From positions 800,001 to 864,000 of the forward strand of contig CAVVJT010000007.1 in the NCBI GenBank assembly GCA_963748625.1: DNA of 64,000 bases, given 5' to 3'. Origin of the DNA: an uncultured Chloroflexia bacterium. Its GTDB lineage: Bacteria > Chloroflexota > Limnocylindria > Limnocylindrales > CSP1-4. The notes below the pieces were generated by a model that saw only the letters and a program-made list of their open reading frames with translations, made no database searches and was not told the origin of the DNA. The position numbers were made by a program, and so were the translations under genes. Positions 22,825-32,492 of the stretch are shown in pieces (position 1 is the first letter of the stretch; each line of letters begins with the position of its first letter).

Positions 22825-22931
22825 GCGCTGTGACCGTTCCTGGATCGTCGGCGGGTCCCCTCCAATGCACGGCGCGGGCTGCGGCGTCGGCGGAGAGGCC
22901 CGCGCGATGACCCTGGCCTCGATGCTGCGAG

Positions 22932-22988
22932 TCAGGCCTTCGGCTTCGTGGTCTTCGGCTTCTTCGGGGTCTTTGCCTTCTTGTCCAC
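22932..22988 (-). CDS. 18-aa Lys-rich micropeptide MDKKAKTPKKPKTTKPKA
   Basis: GAGAGGAG RBS before GTG; all Lys codons are AAG. Confidence 0.5.
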   Translation of the reverse strand: MDKKAKTPKKPKTTKPKA

Positions 22989-23122
22989 TCTGGCATCTCC
23001 TCTCAAACGCACCACGTTCGTCGCGGCATGAACGGCGATAGTCGCCGACCTGCATCTTGCGCCCACCCTGCCAATCCCGCCCAGCACCGGCGACCAATCG
23101 TCCGCTCGCCAGCCCGCGTGCG

Positions 23123-23470
23123 TCAACCTCGGCCGAGGACCACGTCGATGCCGGCCAGGACGAGCTCGAGGCTCGAGGCGGACAGGCGCCCGGTGCGCTC
23201 CGTCAAGGCGGCCCTGTCCAGGGTCACGATCTGGGACACGTTCGCGACCGACGGCTTCGTCAGGCCGGTAGCGCGGGCGGGCAGCAGCACGCTGCTCGGC
23301 GCGTCGGCCCACCGCGTGTTGCTGGTGAGGGCCACACAGACAACGGTCCGTAGGTTGCTCGCGTTGAAAGCGTCGCCCTGGACGACGACGACGGGGCGGC
23401 GGAAGCCAGGCTCGGAGCCCGCGGGGTCGGCGAGGTCCGCCAACCAGACCTCTCCCCGGGCGATTACCAC
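23123..23470 (-). CDS. mazF: PemK/MazF family toxin
   Basis: RGEVWLADL..P.GSEPGFRRPVVVVQ.D.FN...SVANVSQIVTLD. Confidence 0.9.
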   Translation of the reverse strand: MVIARGEVWLADLADPAGSEPGFRRPVVVVQGDAFNASNLRTVVCVALTSNTRWADAPSSVLLPARATGLTKPSVANVSQIVTLDRAALTERTGRLSASSLELVLAGIDVVLGRG

Positions 23471-23640
23471 TCCGTCGACTCGAGCGTGCGCCGCGCGGAC
23501 CGGGCGGCGAAGTCAGCCGCATCCGGCTGGCCCACGTCCGCGATGACCGCGTCGAGGCCCACCGTCACCTCGTCGGGCGCGTGACGCGCGAGGTACTCGC
23601 GGAGAGCGGCGCTGTAGACCTCGGACCGCGAGCGGCGAGA
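23464..23640 (-). pseudogene. 5'-truncated RHH antitoxin of the MazF module
   Basis: SRSEVYSAALREYLARH...LESTEW* overlapping the mazF start; N-terminal beta-strand and start codon not found. Confidence 0.6.
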
Positions 23641-23690
23641 GCGCTTCCCGGCATGGTGGCTGCCGGTGCACGTCTGGTGCGACGCGGGAC

Positions 23691-24104
23691 TCAGCCCGCT
23701 GCCTCGAGCTCCGCGAGGAACGCAGCGGGCCGGCGCACGGGGATCCGGTCCGCGAGGTCGGTCATGTGGGTGTCGCCGGACACGATGACCGCGCGTGCCG
23801 CGGTGGCGAGCGCGACCAGGTAATCGTCGTTGGGATCGCCAGACCGTATGGGCGGCGGGCCGGGCGGATCGAGCACGAGCTCCGCCGTCCTGCCGAGCAG
23901 GGTGACGAGCGCGTCGACATCGGCCGGGGGCACCAGGCGGGCGAGCTTCGGATAGCCGAGGGCTCGCCGCAGCTCGGCGAGGAGCAACGGCGAGACGACG
24001 AGCTCGAAGGCACCGTTGCGCCACGCCACGAGCAGCCGCCCGGGGGCGCCATGGGGGGAGAGGACAGCCGAGATCAGGACGTTGACGTCAAGGACGGCGC
24101 GCAC
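23691..24104 (-). CDS. PIN-domain (VapC-like) toxin
   Basis: RAVLDVNVLISA...E...DPNDDY...IVSGD.H. Confidence 0.88.
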   Translation of the reverse strand: MRAVLDVNVLISAVLSPHGAPGRLLVAWRNGAFELVVSPLLLAELRRALGYPKLARLVPPADVDALVTLLGRTAELVLDPPGPPPIRSGDPNDDYLVALATAARAVIVSGDTHMTDLADRIPVRRPAAFLAELEAAG

Positions 24105-24115
24105 GACAGCGCAGA

Positions 24116-24337
24116 TCAGGTGCGGGTAGCGTGCTGCGCCTCGAGTGCGAGGGCCATCGCCTCGTCCTCGGACAGGTCGTTGGCTGCCCACAGGCGGTCC
24201 AGGAGATCCAGGCCGAGGTCCCGGCGGAGCGCCTCCTCGATCACGTCGCTGTCGCCCTTGCCGAGTCGTGCGGCACGGATCTTCACCGCACGCAGCACCT
24301 CGGGATCGATCGTAAGGGTCGTCCGCACCTTCGTCAT
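24116..24337 (-). CDS. RHH/CopG antitoxin
   Basis: VRTTLTIDPEVLRAVK...SDVIEEALR, directly upstream of the PIN gene. Confidence 0.8.
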   Translation of the reverse strand: MTKVRTTLTIDPEVLRAVKIRAARLGKGDSDVIEEALRRDLGLDLLDRLWAANDLSEDEAMALALEAQHATRT

Positions 24338-24340
24338 GAG

Positions 24341-24362
24341 CGCATCATCGCATCTTGATGCG
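24341..24362. promoter_or_regulatory. Probable RHH operator
   Basis: CGCATC-TT-GATGCG palindrome plus an extra CGCATC half-site just upstream of the antitoxin start. Confidence 0.5.
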
Positions 24363-24564
24363 TTGGTGAGCAAGAGCCCGACACACCTCGGCCCGAACCC
24401 CGACGGAACCGACCTCATCGGAATCGACCGGGTACCCCAGTGCGAGCGCCATCCCCAGGCTAGCCGAGCTACAGCGCGGTGAGGATCGCGAGCACTGACG
24501 GCACGATGAAGATGGCCACGAACGCGGCCGTCAGGAGGGGCTCGCCAACGCGGCGGATCATCCA

Positions 24565-24576
24565 CGGGGCGAGAGG
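24565..24576 (-). repeat. att core copy CGGGGCGAGAGG
   Basis: 12/12 match to 36705-36716. Confidence 0.6.
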
Positions 24577-24664
24577 CTTTGCGCCGAGACCAAGTACCAA
24601 CACGTGATCACGGCGTGGAACACACCGTGCGGGCGCCCGTGGCCGGTCCGGCCACCCGGCCTTG

Positions 24665-26437
24665 TCACCAGGGCCCTGAATCGAGCAACCTCATGAAGTT
24701 GCGCTTGCGTGCGTGGGCCGCCCGAACGCCCGCAAGGTACACCGGAAACACGTCACCGGATCCGGTTCTGTCCATCAGGTCCCGGATGTGTCCCAGCAGC
24801 TCGACCGCCGCCGCGTAGCCGTCGTTGGTCATCGTCTGCAGGAGGGCCTCCACCTCGCCCTGGTGGATGGGGATCGCGTCCGCAGGGTGGTCGATCTCCC
24901 GCCGTCGTGCCAGTTCCCGCCAGGCGGGCTCCGAACACCCCAGCGTCACGGCCTCCCGCCACGCGCTGTCCACGTCGCCCTCGAGCAGGAGCATCCGCAC
25001 GAGGGCGGTGCCATCCGCGGGGAGGTCCCAACGGTTCGCGGGTGGCCGGGCGTCCCGCTGCGCCTCGACAATGGACGCGCGAGCGGCGTCGAGGGCACGC
25101 GTCCGCCAGGCCGGCCACGCACCGGCGCGGCTCGCGTGGGCCCTGAGCGCGGCGAAGCCCTCGACGGTCGGCCGGACCTCGAACGGCGCCCAGGCGAGGG
25201 CGATCGCGTCGTCGTGGCGCCCCCGCTCGTGGTACCGGTCGGCCAGGAACTCGCGCAGGCGAGCGTCCGGCGGGTCCGGGAAGGCGCGGGTCCCCTGCTC
25301 GGCCCAGTCCAGCGCCTCCTCGTCCCGGCCGGCGTCCATGCACACCCGGGCGATGTCGAGGTACGCGTACGGGCTCGAGAGGTCGCGGGCCTTGACCGCG
25401 AGCAGCTCGTCGACGTCGCCGGTCGCCCGGGCGAGCGACTCCATGATCGAGGTGATCCGGAAGCGCCGGCCCTCGAATGACTGGCCGCCGCCGGATGCCG
25501 GACCCAGCGCCGGCACCCCGGCCCACACAGCCTCGGCCCGGCGCCGGTACTCCGCGAGGCCCGCCTCGCCGAGGACACCGGCATACACCTGCGCGGCGCC
25601 TGCGAACACGTCCCACCGGCCGTCGAGCTCCCAGGCGAAGAGGCGGCCGGCAAGCACGATCGGGTCCGGGCGTGCCACCTCGCACGCGGCCAGGTGCAGG
25701 TCCCCCACGCGCCCGAGGATGCCGCCCATCCCGCCGTCCGAGTCGTCGACGTGGTCCAGCGCGGCTTCGACACGCCGGAGGGCGTGCTCGGCGAGGTCGA
25801 TCACGGCGTCGGCCTGCCCGGCGCGCAGCAGGTCGTCGAGAAGGTCGATGGCATCGTGGATCCCCGACACGTAGCCGTACACGTCCGCGTAGCGGAGGTG
25901 GCGCGGGAGGCGGACCGCCTGGTCGATCGCCCGGCCGACCAGCGCGGCACCGGCGCCATCCGCCTCGGCCGCCGCCACGAGCAGCAGGAGGCGCTCGCGG
26001 AGCAGGTCGTCCCGCTCGGCCTGCGCGAGGACCAGGTCAACGAGGGCGTCGCGGTCCATCGCCGCGAGGTGGCTCCGGATGTCCTCGGTCGTGATCCTCG
26101 GCGGCCGGGCCCTCGCGCGGGCACGTGATCGGGAACCCGGGCCCTGGAGGCCCCTCGCCTGGCCAAGCCACGCGAGGCCGAGGGCGACCAGGTGCTTGCA
26201 GAAGGCGCCGGTCTCGCCCATCGGGCAGTCGCAGGTCCCGGTCAGGCCGTCGCTCCCGGCCGCGAGGACCACCCCGTAGTCGCGTGTGCCCTCGACGATC
26301 CCGGTGATGGCGGCGCCCTCCTCGGCGAGATCGGCCACGCGGCCCTCGTCCGCGTACTCGCGCCCGCGGACGAACGTGCGATCGCCGGCATGAAGGCGCA
26401 GGGCCTTGGGCGTGACGAGCTCCCGGAGGCTGCTCAT
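24665..26437 (-). CDS. SWIM zinc-finger protein with helical C-terminal domain
   Basis: GTCDCP.....FCKHLVA SWIM motif. Confidence 0.85.
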   Translation of the reverse strand: MSSLRELVTPKALRLHAGDRTFVRGREYADEGRVADLAEEGAAITGIVEGTRDYGVVLAAGSDGLTGTCDCPMGETGAFCKHLVALGLAWLGQARGLQGPGSRSRARARARPPRITTEDIRSHLAAMDRDALVDLVLAQAERDDLLRERLLLLVAAAEADGAGAALVGRAIDQAVRLPRHLRYADVYGYVSGIHDAIDLLDDLLRAGQADAVIDLAEHALRRVEAALDHVDDSDGGMGGILGRVGDLHLAACEVARPDPIVLAGRLFAWELDGRWDVFAGAAQVYAGVLGEAGLAEYRRRAEAVWAGVPALGPASGGGQSFEGRRFRITSIMESLARATGDVDELLAVKARDLSSPYAYLDIARVCMDAGRDEEALDWAEQGTRAFPDPPDARLREFLADRYHERGRHDDAIALAWAPFEVRPTVEGFAALRAHASRAGAWPAWRTRALDAARASIVEAQRDARPPANRWDLPADGTALVRMLLLEGDVDSAWREAVTLGCSEPAWRELARRREIDHPADAIPIHQGEVEALLQTMTNDGYAAAVELLGHIRDLMDRTGSGDVFPVYLAGVRAAHARKRNFMRLLDSGPW

Positions 26438-26486
26438 GACGGGGAGGCCATGAGCCCTTGGAGCCGGATGGCCGCCAGCGACCCGA

Positions 26487-27383
26487 TCACGGTTGCCAGA
26501 TCCGGGTGGACGGGTCCCAGCGCAGACCCATCATGCCCGCGAGCACGGGCTCGAGGAATGCGATGAGCGCCGCGTGTGCCTCTCGCGTCGTCGGAGGGTC
26601 GAGCGCCATCTCCTTCCGCAGTGCCACGTACGGGCGGGCCCATGCCTCGGGTGGCTCCGTGAGCGCCGGCGGCCAGGCATGCGAGGCCCGACGCGCGAAG
26701 GTGGCCGTCGCGGCGTCGATGAGCGCATCGCTCGAGAACGCGTGGCGTTGCGCGAACCAGACCATGTCGGCGAGGTCCTTCGCCCGGGTGTTCTCGGTGT
26801 CGCGCGGGAGGGTGTAGGCGTGCAGCTTCTCCGCAAACTGCTGGGCGACCGGGTAGACCGGGAACCAGGCACGCTCGAACCCGAGGCGCTCGACGAGCGG
26901 GTCGCTCGGGTGGCGCTCGAGCGCGCCGGCCACCGCGTCCCGGGAGCTGATGTCCAGCTTGAAGCGCACGAGCTCGGCGCCGGCGACCCGGGCGACGACG
27001 ACGAACCGGAGGCCGCCGCCGGGCGGCCCGGGCAGGAGGCGCGGCGGGCCCGCCAGCTCATACGTGAAGGGGTCGTCGATGACGTGGCCGACGGCGGCCG
27101 CGATCATCCCGGCTGCCGTGTCGATGCCGGCGTCGATCCGCAGGTCCACGTCCTCGGTGAAGCGGGCCTCGCCCGGGTGCCGCAGCTGGTTCGCGTACCC
27201 GCCCTTGAGGACCCACGTCCCCCACGGTGTCGTCGCGAGCAGGCGCACGAGGAACCGGTCGATCGCGACCGTGAGGTGGACCCGCCGCACCGGCTCATCG
27301 CCCGCAGCGTCTCGGGCGACGTTGCGCATCCGCGCGAGGAGCGCCTGCCTCATGCCGAGCTCGGTGAGGCGCGGATCGGTCAC
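26487..27383 (-). CDS. abiEii: AbiEii/AbiGii nucleotidyltransferase toxin (type IV TA)
   Basis: WVLKGG, RFTEDVD, AEKLHAY, R.KDL.D; GTGA overlap with the antitoxin. Confidence 0.88.
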   Translation of the reverse strand: MTDPRLTELGMRQALLARMRNVARDAAGDEPVRRVHLTVAIDRFLVRLLATTPWGTWVLKGGYANQLRHPGEARFTEDVDLRIDAGIDTAAGMIAAAVGHVIDDPFTYELAGPPRLLPGPPGGGLRFVVVARVAGAELVRFKLDISSRDAVAGALERHPSDPLVERLGFERAWFPVYPVAQQFAEKLHAYTLPRDTENTRAKDLADMVWFAQRHAFSSDALIDAATATFARRASHAWPPALTEPPEAWARPYVALRKEMALDPPTTREAHAALIAFLEPVLAGMMGLRWDPSTRIWQP

Positions 27384-27928
27384 GGGCGCGCGGTCGTGAA
27401 CGGGTACAGGCGCCGCAGCCGCGCGATGTCGTCGGCCGTGAGCAGGGCGCGCTCGTGTCCCTCCGCGAACGCGGCCAGCAGCTGGTCCGGGTCGGTACCG
27501 CCCTTCGCGCAGTCGGCGAGCGTCCGGGCGAACGACGTCACCCATACGCCGTCGCGCAGCACGCGCTCGGCAGGGCCGATGGCCGAACGGTGGATCGTGT
27601 AGCCGGGGCGCGGCTTGAGGCCCGAGCCAGGCGGGACGGTGATGTGGACCGTGCGCGGCAGGACATCGCTGACGCCGTAGAGCTCGAGGGCCGTGTCGTG
27701 GCTGAACGTGGCGGACGGCGCCTGGACCGAGAACGCGTAGAAGCCGTCGAGGTGGCTCGCGGGTGTCCCGGCTAGGCGGTAGACGCCGTGGGCGACCCGC
27801 TCGACGAGCCCGCGCCGGGCGCGGTCCACGAGGGCCCGCCGGCTGATCCCGGCGGCGGCGGCCTGCGCGGTGCTGAAGTAGCCGTGCTGGGCGGCGGCAA
27901 GGTGGAGTAGATCACTCTCTGCCATCAC
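27380..27928 (-). CDS. abiEi: AbiEi family antitoxin
   Basis: QHGYFSTAQA..AG...LVERVAHGVYRL, SHDTAL, VTSFARTLAD. Confidence 0.88.
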   Translation of the reverse strand: MMAESDLLHLAAAQHGYFSTAQAAAAGISRRALVDRARRGLVERVAHGVYRLAGTPASHLDGFYAFSVQAPSATFSHDTALELYGVSDVLPRTVHITVPPGSGLKPRPGYTIHRSAIGPAERVLRDGVWVTSFARTLADCAKGGTDPDQLLAAFAEGHERALLTADDIARLRRLYPFTTARP

Positions 27929-27931
27929 CGA

Positions 27932-27960
27932 ATGTTACGCACCACGTAACAATTGGTCAA
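27932..27960 (-). promoter_or_regulatory. Sigma-70 promoter (probably leaderless) with overlapping inverted-repeat operator for abiE
   Basis: TTGACC-17 nt-TAACAT a few nt before GTG/ATG; TGTTACG-cacca-CGTAACA inverted repeat at 27933-27951. Confidence 0.7.
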
Positions 27961-28015
27961 GCTCTTCGCATTGACTACTTCACCCGTCATCCCTGACCGG
28001 CTCGACGTGACCGTT

Positions 28016-28473
<458 letters not shown>

Positions 28474-28504
28474 GGCATGGCCGATGATCCCGCCCACTGC
28501 CCGG

Positions 28505-28537
28505 CAACAAAGAGCCGGACCGCGGTGGTCCGGCTCT
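28505..28537 (-). terminator. Intrinsic terminator downstream of the att copy
   Basis: AGAGCCGGACC-accgc-GGTCCGGCTCT followed by TTGTT on the minus strand. Confidence 0.75.
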
Positions 28538-28548
28538 GGTGTGGAGAC

Positions 28549-28564
28549 TGGTCGGGGCGAGAGG
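28549..28564 (-). repeat. att-like copy of the tRNA-Pro 3' end
   Basis: TGGTCGGGGCGAGAGG, 16/16 match to 36701-36716. Confidence 0.9.
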
Positions 28565-28659
28565 GATAGCCCCTCCCTAACTCAGCGATCGCTCAGCTTC
28601 CTGATGGTCAACGCCACGCCGCGGCAGCCGCCGGTGCCCCTCGAGCTGGTCCGCAGCGC

Positions 28660-28905
28660 ATGACGCGACGGTCGTCCCGCTCCGCCGAGCGCGCCACCGA
28701 CCGCGAGGTCGGGGTGGTCGCGGCCGTCCTGGTCGCCGGGTCGGAGAAGGCCGCCGCCCACCGCCTCGGCCTGTCGCCCTCGACGGTGAAGCACCACCTG
28801 GCGAATGCGCGGTCCAAGGTGGGGGCGACGACGACGGCGCAGCTGGTGTGGATCCTCGCTCCTCGGTTGCCCGAGCCGGAGGGCATGGCCCAAACGGACG
28901 AATGA
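28660..28905 (+). CDS. Small stand-alone LuxR/sigma4-type HTH protein (full-length copy 1)
   Basis: TDREVGVVAAV..AGSEKAAAHRLGLSPSTVKHHLANARSKVG. Confidence 0.8.
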   Translation: MTRRSSRSAERATDREVGVVAAVLVAGSEKAAAHRLGLSPSTVKHHLANARSKVGATTTAQLVWILAPRLPEPEGMAQTDE

Positions 28906-29066
28906 CGGCAGCTCGAGGCGCGGTCGCGCTATCGGGACCGCGCGAACCAGTCGTAGATCGACGCGGGGCCGTTGTAGACGCCGCCAGCCCGAGTCCGCTG
29001 ACGGGTGACTTCTCGAGACCGGCGGCAAGAGTCGCTCAACTGTTGGTGACCCGTGTACAGGGTCCG

Positions 29067-29094
29067 TTGACGCTCAGACTCGCAAGAGTACAAT
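29067..29094 (+). promoter_or_regulatory. Putative sigma-70 promoter of cargo gene 1
   Basis: TTGACG-16 nt-TACAAT. Confidence 0.55.
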
Positions 29095-29237
29095 GACCTG
29101 TATTCAACGGTCCATTTGGACCGTTCGCTGTCTCGAGCCCCGAGCGAGGTGCGAGGGCGATGCGTCGACTCCTGATTTCGCCCGTCGTCATGGCCTAGGC
29201 CCCCGCGAGAGGACCGCGAGAGAAAGGGTCAGTGCTC

Positions 29238-30017
29238 ATGGAGAAGGCAATCCGGTTCAGGATTTTGGGATCCCTCGCCGTTGCGGCGGCGCTGGCGCTC
29301 CCAACTGGACCGGCGATGGCTGCCGAGTCCAGCACGGCGCAGGCGTACACGTGCACCGGTGGCGACATCCCGTCAGGCAACTACCGCAGCATCACGGTCA
29401 CGGGCCCCTGCTCCGTACCGGCCGATGCCGTGATCAGCGTAGTCGGGAACGTGAACGTCAGGGCCGGTGCCCAACTAGACGCGCAAAGCGCGCCCTCGGC
29501 GATCACCGTCGGACGCAACGTCACCGCGGCTGCGGGCTCGCTGCTCGGCCTGGGCTGCCAGCCGCCCTCGCTCACCGGAAACTCGGCACATGAGTGTGCC
29601 GTCGATCCGGAAGGACACTCCACCATCATCGTCAACGGAAACGTCACGGCAACCGACGCCGCTGCCGTTCTGTTGAACGGGATTACGGTCGAGGGGAACG
29701 TCACCCTGATCGGGGGAGGCTCGGCGATCCCCTGGTCGATCAAGAACAACACGATCGACCGCAACCTCACGGTGGGGGGGCAGACGACCGATTGGCTCGG
29801 CGTGCTCTTCAACACGATCGGTGGGAACGCGACGTTGATCGGCGTGAAGGTGACCGACGTTCACCCGGGCGCACCCGGCGTCTACATCGTTCGCAACACG
29901 ATCGGGCGGAACCTCATCTGCTTGGGATTGACCCCGGGAGTATCCGGAGGTTTCGTCCCCGGCAGCGTCAACGTCGTCGGCCGTCACGCGATCGGTCAGT
30001 GCGCATCCCTGGTCTGA
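29238..30017 (+). CDS. Secreted beta-solenoid-like hypothetical protein
   Basis: Signal peptide; recurring V.GNV / I.RNL turns; several Cys. Confidence 0.75.
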   Translation: MEKAIRFRILGSLAVAAALALPTGPAMAAESSTAQAYTCTGGDIPSGNYRSITVTGPCSVPADAVISVVGNVNVRAGAQLDAQSAPSAITVGRNVTAAAGSLLGLGCQPPSLTGNSAHECAVDPEGHSTIIVNGNVTATDAAAVLLNGITVEGNVTLIGGGSAIPWSIKNNTIDRNLTVGGQTTDWLGVLFNTIGGNATLIGVKVTDVHPGAPGVYIVRNTIGRNLICLGLTPGVSGGFVPGSVNVVGRHAIGQCASLV

Positions 30018-30106
30018 CCTCGTTGGTCTGACCTCGTTCGGGCCATGTCCGTCCGCCATCCTCTGGGCCCCCAGCGTGTGGCGGACGGCGCCCGGCCCCC
30101 AACCGG

Positions 30107-30234
30107 CCTCGACCGTGAAGCACCACCTGGCGAACGCGCGGTCCAAGGTGGGCGCGGAGACGACGGCGCAGCCGGTGTGGATCCTGGCGCCGCGGCTGCC
30201 CGAGCCCGAGGGTGTGGCCGAAGCGGACGAGTAG
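30107..30234 (+). pseudogene. 5'-truncated HTH copy 2
   Basis: STVKHHLANARSKVGAETTAQPVWILAPRLPEPEGVAEADE*. Confidence 0.85.
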
Positions 30235-30501
30235 CAGCCTCCTTGACGCAGTCGTTGGGCTCCTGGTTTGGACCTCCACTATCGGACGTGGGCGGTGGTG
30301 ACTCCGCCGCCGGGAGTTCCGCCTCAGCGCGAGACGCGTCGCTGGCCACGCAGGCCGGTCGTGGCTCCGACCCACGGCCCCCGAGTACTTCGCCTATGGC
30401 GATCTTCGCTTGGGATTACGCGTCCACTTGGTCGACCTGGTTGCCGCAATGGGTCAATTGCACAGCTGACGCGATGGGACGATAGTTGGCGCCCGGCCTG
30501 C

Positions 30502-31002
30502 ATGGTCATTGGAAGGAGCGTCCCGACAGTGTTCAAGATCAGCCAGGGCATGGAGATCGAGCGGCCCGCGGCGGTCGTGTGGCCGTACCTCGCCGCTCTC
30601 GAGCAGGTGCCCCTATGGGAGCACGGCATCCTGGACGTCAAGCAGATCGACCAGGGACCCCTCTTCGTCGGGATGCGGTTCACGGCCGGGCGGGTCTACG
30701 CAGGCAAGGCCACGCACCTCGATGGCGACGTTCGGATCGTCGAGGAAGGGCACTTCCTGACCGCGGCCCTCCGGGGTGGTCCTCACGTCGAGTCGATCGT
30801 GACCTATACGGTTGACCCTGTCGGGGAGGAGCGGTGCCGGGTCACCTACAGCGCGACGGGCCGCATGCGGTTCCCGCTGAATCTGCTGGACCCGATCTTC
30901 CCCGCGGTCGGTCGCGCAGAGACTCGCAAGAACCTCGCCCGGTTGCGCCGCCGGATCCTGGCCGGCGTCCCGGCGACCTCGAACACGCCGACGCCCGACT
31001 AG
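30502..31002 (+). CDS. SRPBCC/polyketide cyclase family protein
   Basis: EIERPAAVVWPYL.....P.W; C-terminal helix NLARLR. Confidence 0.75.
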   Translation: MVIGRSVPTVFKISQGMEIERPAAVVWPYLAALEQVPLWEHGILDVKQIDQGPLFVGMRFTAGRVYAGKATHLDGDVRIVEEGHFLTAALRGGPHVESIVTYTVDPVGEERCRVTYSATGRMRFPLNLLDPIFPAVGRAETRKNLARLRRRILAGVPATSNTPTPD

Positions 31003-31006
31003 GGGA

Positions 31007-31177
31007 CGCCGGGTCGGAGAAGGCCGCGGCCCACCGCCTGGGCTTGTCGCACTCGACCGTGAAGCACCACCTGCGAATGCGCGGTCCAAGGTGGGCGCAG
31101 CCACGACGGCGCAACTGGTGTGGATCCTCGCCCCGCGCCTGCCCGAGCCCGAGGGCGTGGTCCAGACGGACGACTAA
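31007..31177 (+). pseudogene. 5'-truncated HTH copy 3 (1-bp deletion)
   Basis: AGSEKAAAHRLGLSHSTVKHHL/..NARSKVGAATTAQLVWILAPRLPEPEGVVQTDD*. Confidence 0.85.
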
Positions 31178-31394
31178 CGAGCGTCCGCCGGGTATCGTCA
31201 GCCCATGGCTCGATGACCGTCGTGTGCCATCGCACGGTGCTGTCGGGCGCGTGCGCCGAGCGATGCACAGCCACGTCAAGAGCGGCAGAAACGACCGCAG
31301 ATCGAGTCGCGCCCCGGAGATGCGCCCGCGACGCTCGCGGCTTACGCTGCCTTTGTGCTGTGTGGCACTGGGGTGCGGAGGGAGGCAAGGACAG

Positions 31395-32372
31395 ATGTTT
31401 CGGACGCGTCTCACGGAACTCGTCGGATGCACACTGCCCATCCAGCAGGCTCCGATGGGCACGGTCTCCTCGCCGCGGCTCGCGGTCGCCGTCGCCGAGG
31501 CCGGCGGCATCGGCTCGATCAACACCCTCGCGATGTCGCGGGAGACCCTTCGGCGACGCCTGGACGAGATGCGTGAGCAGACCGATGGTGTGCTCGCGGT
31601 CAGCTTCCTCACCAACGACATTGATATCGACGCCGTCGCGGATGGCGCAGCGCGCGCGCGAATCATCGACTTCTTCTGGAGCGATCCTCGGCCTGATCTC
31701 GTCGACATCGCCCACCGGGGTGGAGCGCTGGTCAACTGGCAGGTCGGATCGAGGGAGGAGGCGCTCGCGGCGGTTCGAGCCGGCGCCGACATCGTCTGCG
31801 TTCAGGGTGTCGAGGCCGGCGGGCACTGCCGCGGCGACAGCCCGCTGCTGCCGCTGCTCTGCGAAGTGCTGGACGCCGTCGATGTGCCCGTCCTTGCCGC
31901 GGGCGGTATCGCCGATGCCCGCGGCGTCGCTGCCGCTATCGCTGTGGGGGCATCGGGTGTGCGGATGGGCACTCAATTCATTGCCACGGAAGAATCAGCA
32001 GCGCATGCGGACTACAAGGCAGCGGTCGTCGCAGCGGGTGCCAACAGCACGCGGATCACCGACGCGTTCAACAACTGTCCGTTGTGTGCGTCGGCGCCGC
32101 GGGCGCGCGTCCTCGTCTCGGCGATCGACGCTGTGGAAGCGATCGACGTCGGCGTGGTCGGGACGATGCAGGGCGTCGACGGGGAGTTGCTACCCGTGCC
32201 GCGCCGCTCCTGGGTGCCGCCAACGGAAGACGTGAGCGGACACATCGATGCCATGGCCATGTATGCGGGCGAATCCGTCGTCCTCGTCAACGACATCGTG
32301 CCGGCCGCGCAGCTTGCGCGTTCGCTCGCCGAAGGCGCCGAGGGCCTGCTCAGGCAGGCGTGCCCGAGTTGA
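31395..32372 (+). CDS. Nitronate monooxygenase family flavoprotein
   Basis: PIQQAPMG, QGVEAGGH, VLAAGGIAD, GVRMGTQF.ATEES. Confidence 0.9.
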   Translation: MFRTRLTELVGCTLPIQQAPMGTVSSPRLAVAVAEAGGIGSINTLAMSRETLRRRLDEMREQTDGVLAVSFLTNDIDIDAVADGAARARIIDFFWSDPRPDLVDIAHRGGALVNWQVGSREEALAAVRAGADIVCVQGVEAGGHCRGDSPLLPLLCEVLDAVDVPVLAAGGIADARGVAAAIAVGASGVRMGTQFIATEESAAHADYKAAVVAAGANSTRITDAFNNCPLCASAPRARVLVSAIDAVEAIDVGVVGTMQGVDGELLPVPRRSWVPPTEDVSGHIDAMAMYAGESVVLVNDIVPAAQLARSLAEGAEGLLRQACPS

Positions 32373-32492
32373 CCTTCGGATCGCCGTCGGAAGTAGCGCC
32401 GACCGGCCGCTCCTTGTTCTCTCTCGGCTCCGCTTCTGCTCGAGATCGCCCCGACGGGGCCGCAGCGGTTGATCGGCGCCGGCGCAAGGACC

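Noticed and set aside
30011-30038. 14 bp tandem duplication GGTCTGACCTCGTT at the end of cargo gene 1
   Set aside because: The copies are adjacent with nothing between them; it cannot be told apart from slippage and is not repeated at other cassette junctions
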